Part shown: positions 63,733 through 64,000 of the stretch, piece after piece
Layout: every line of letters starts with the position of its first letter
Position numbering within the stretch: position 1 is the stretch's first letter
DNA from: Camelus ferus
Lineage: Eukaryota
Assembly (NCBI RefSeq): GCF_009834535.1
Contig: NC_045697.1
Span: 79,114,001-79,178,000 of the forward strand
Direction: 5' to 3'
DNA length: 64,000 nucleotides
Made by a program: the position numbers and the translations under genes
Notes under the pieces: model-generated
Databases searched by the model: none
Seen by the model: the letters and a program-made list of their open reading frames with translations, nothing else
Told to the model about the DNA's origin: nothing

Positions 63733-64000
63733 GGGAAGGCATGTCAAAAACCAAGATGCTGGAAGCTAGGCCTCTTGGGTCAGTTAGCCAAGTTGTGAAT
63801 CCAAAAGAAAAGTCCCTGAAGGAAATTAAAAGTGCTACTCCACTGAACACATGAATGGTAAGGAAAAACAGCTTCATTGCTGATACGGAGAAAGTTCGCG
63901 TGGTCTGGGTAGATCAGAACAGCCACAACACTCCCTTAAGCCAAAACCCAATCCAGAACAAGACTCTTAACTCTCTTCAATTCTGTAAAAGCTGAGAGAG
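63733..64000 (+). mobile_element. Tigger1 transposase-coding remnant (runs off the window)
   Basis: Frameshifted translation GMSK...VSQVVNPKEKSLKEIKSATPLNT...NSFIADTEKVRVVW...SHNTPLSQNPIQNKTLNSLQ follows the recalled Tigger1 N-terminal DNA-binding region. Confidence 0.85.

Noticed and set aside
54067..64000. AP1AR exon 2 (expected SKYFRTCSRGEHLTIE)
   Set aside because: No matching sequence seen; it presumably lies beyond the window.

Overview
Mammalian genomic DNA, probably camelid (alpaca/camel), judging from a tRNA-derived SINE at 17331 and a young L1 3' end at 29710. The window is syntenic with human 4q25. It holds the last coding exon and long 3' UTR of FAM241A/C4orf32 (+, 9150-9395), and the CpG-island promoter and first coding exon of AP1AR/gadkin (+, 53984-54066) followed by part of intron 1. 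Much of the rest is old interspersed repeats (L2, MIR, L1M, MaLR/ERVL/ERV1 LTRs, hAT and Tigger elements); family names come from remembered consensus sequences, not from a database search. The main unexpected signal lies between the two genes. The non-repeat DNA there carries a chain of about 20 exon-sized segments on the MINUS strand (about 52.1 kb to 16.8 kb), most bounded by splice acceptor and donor motifs, with protein-like but stop-interrupted translations. This is best explained as a large decayed multi-exon gene (unitary pseudogene) head-to-head with AP1AR. I could not identify its protein family or fix its reading frame. There are no prokaryotic features.
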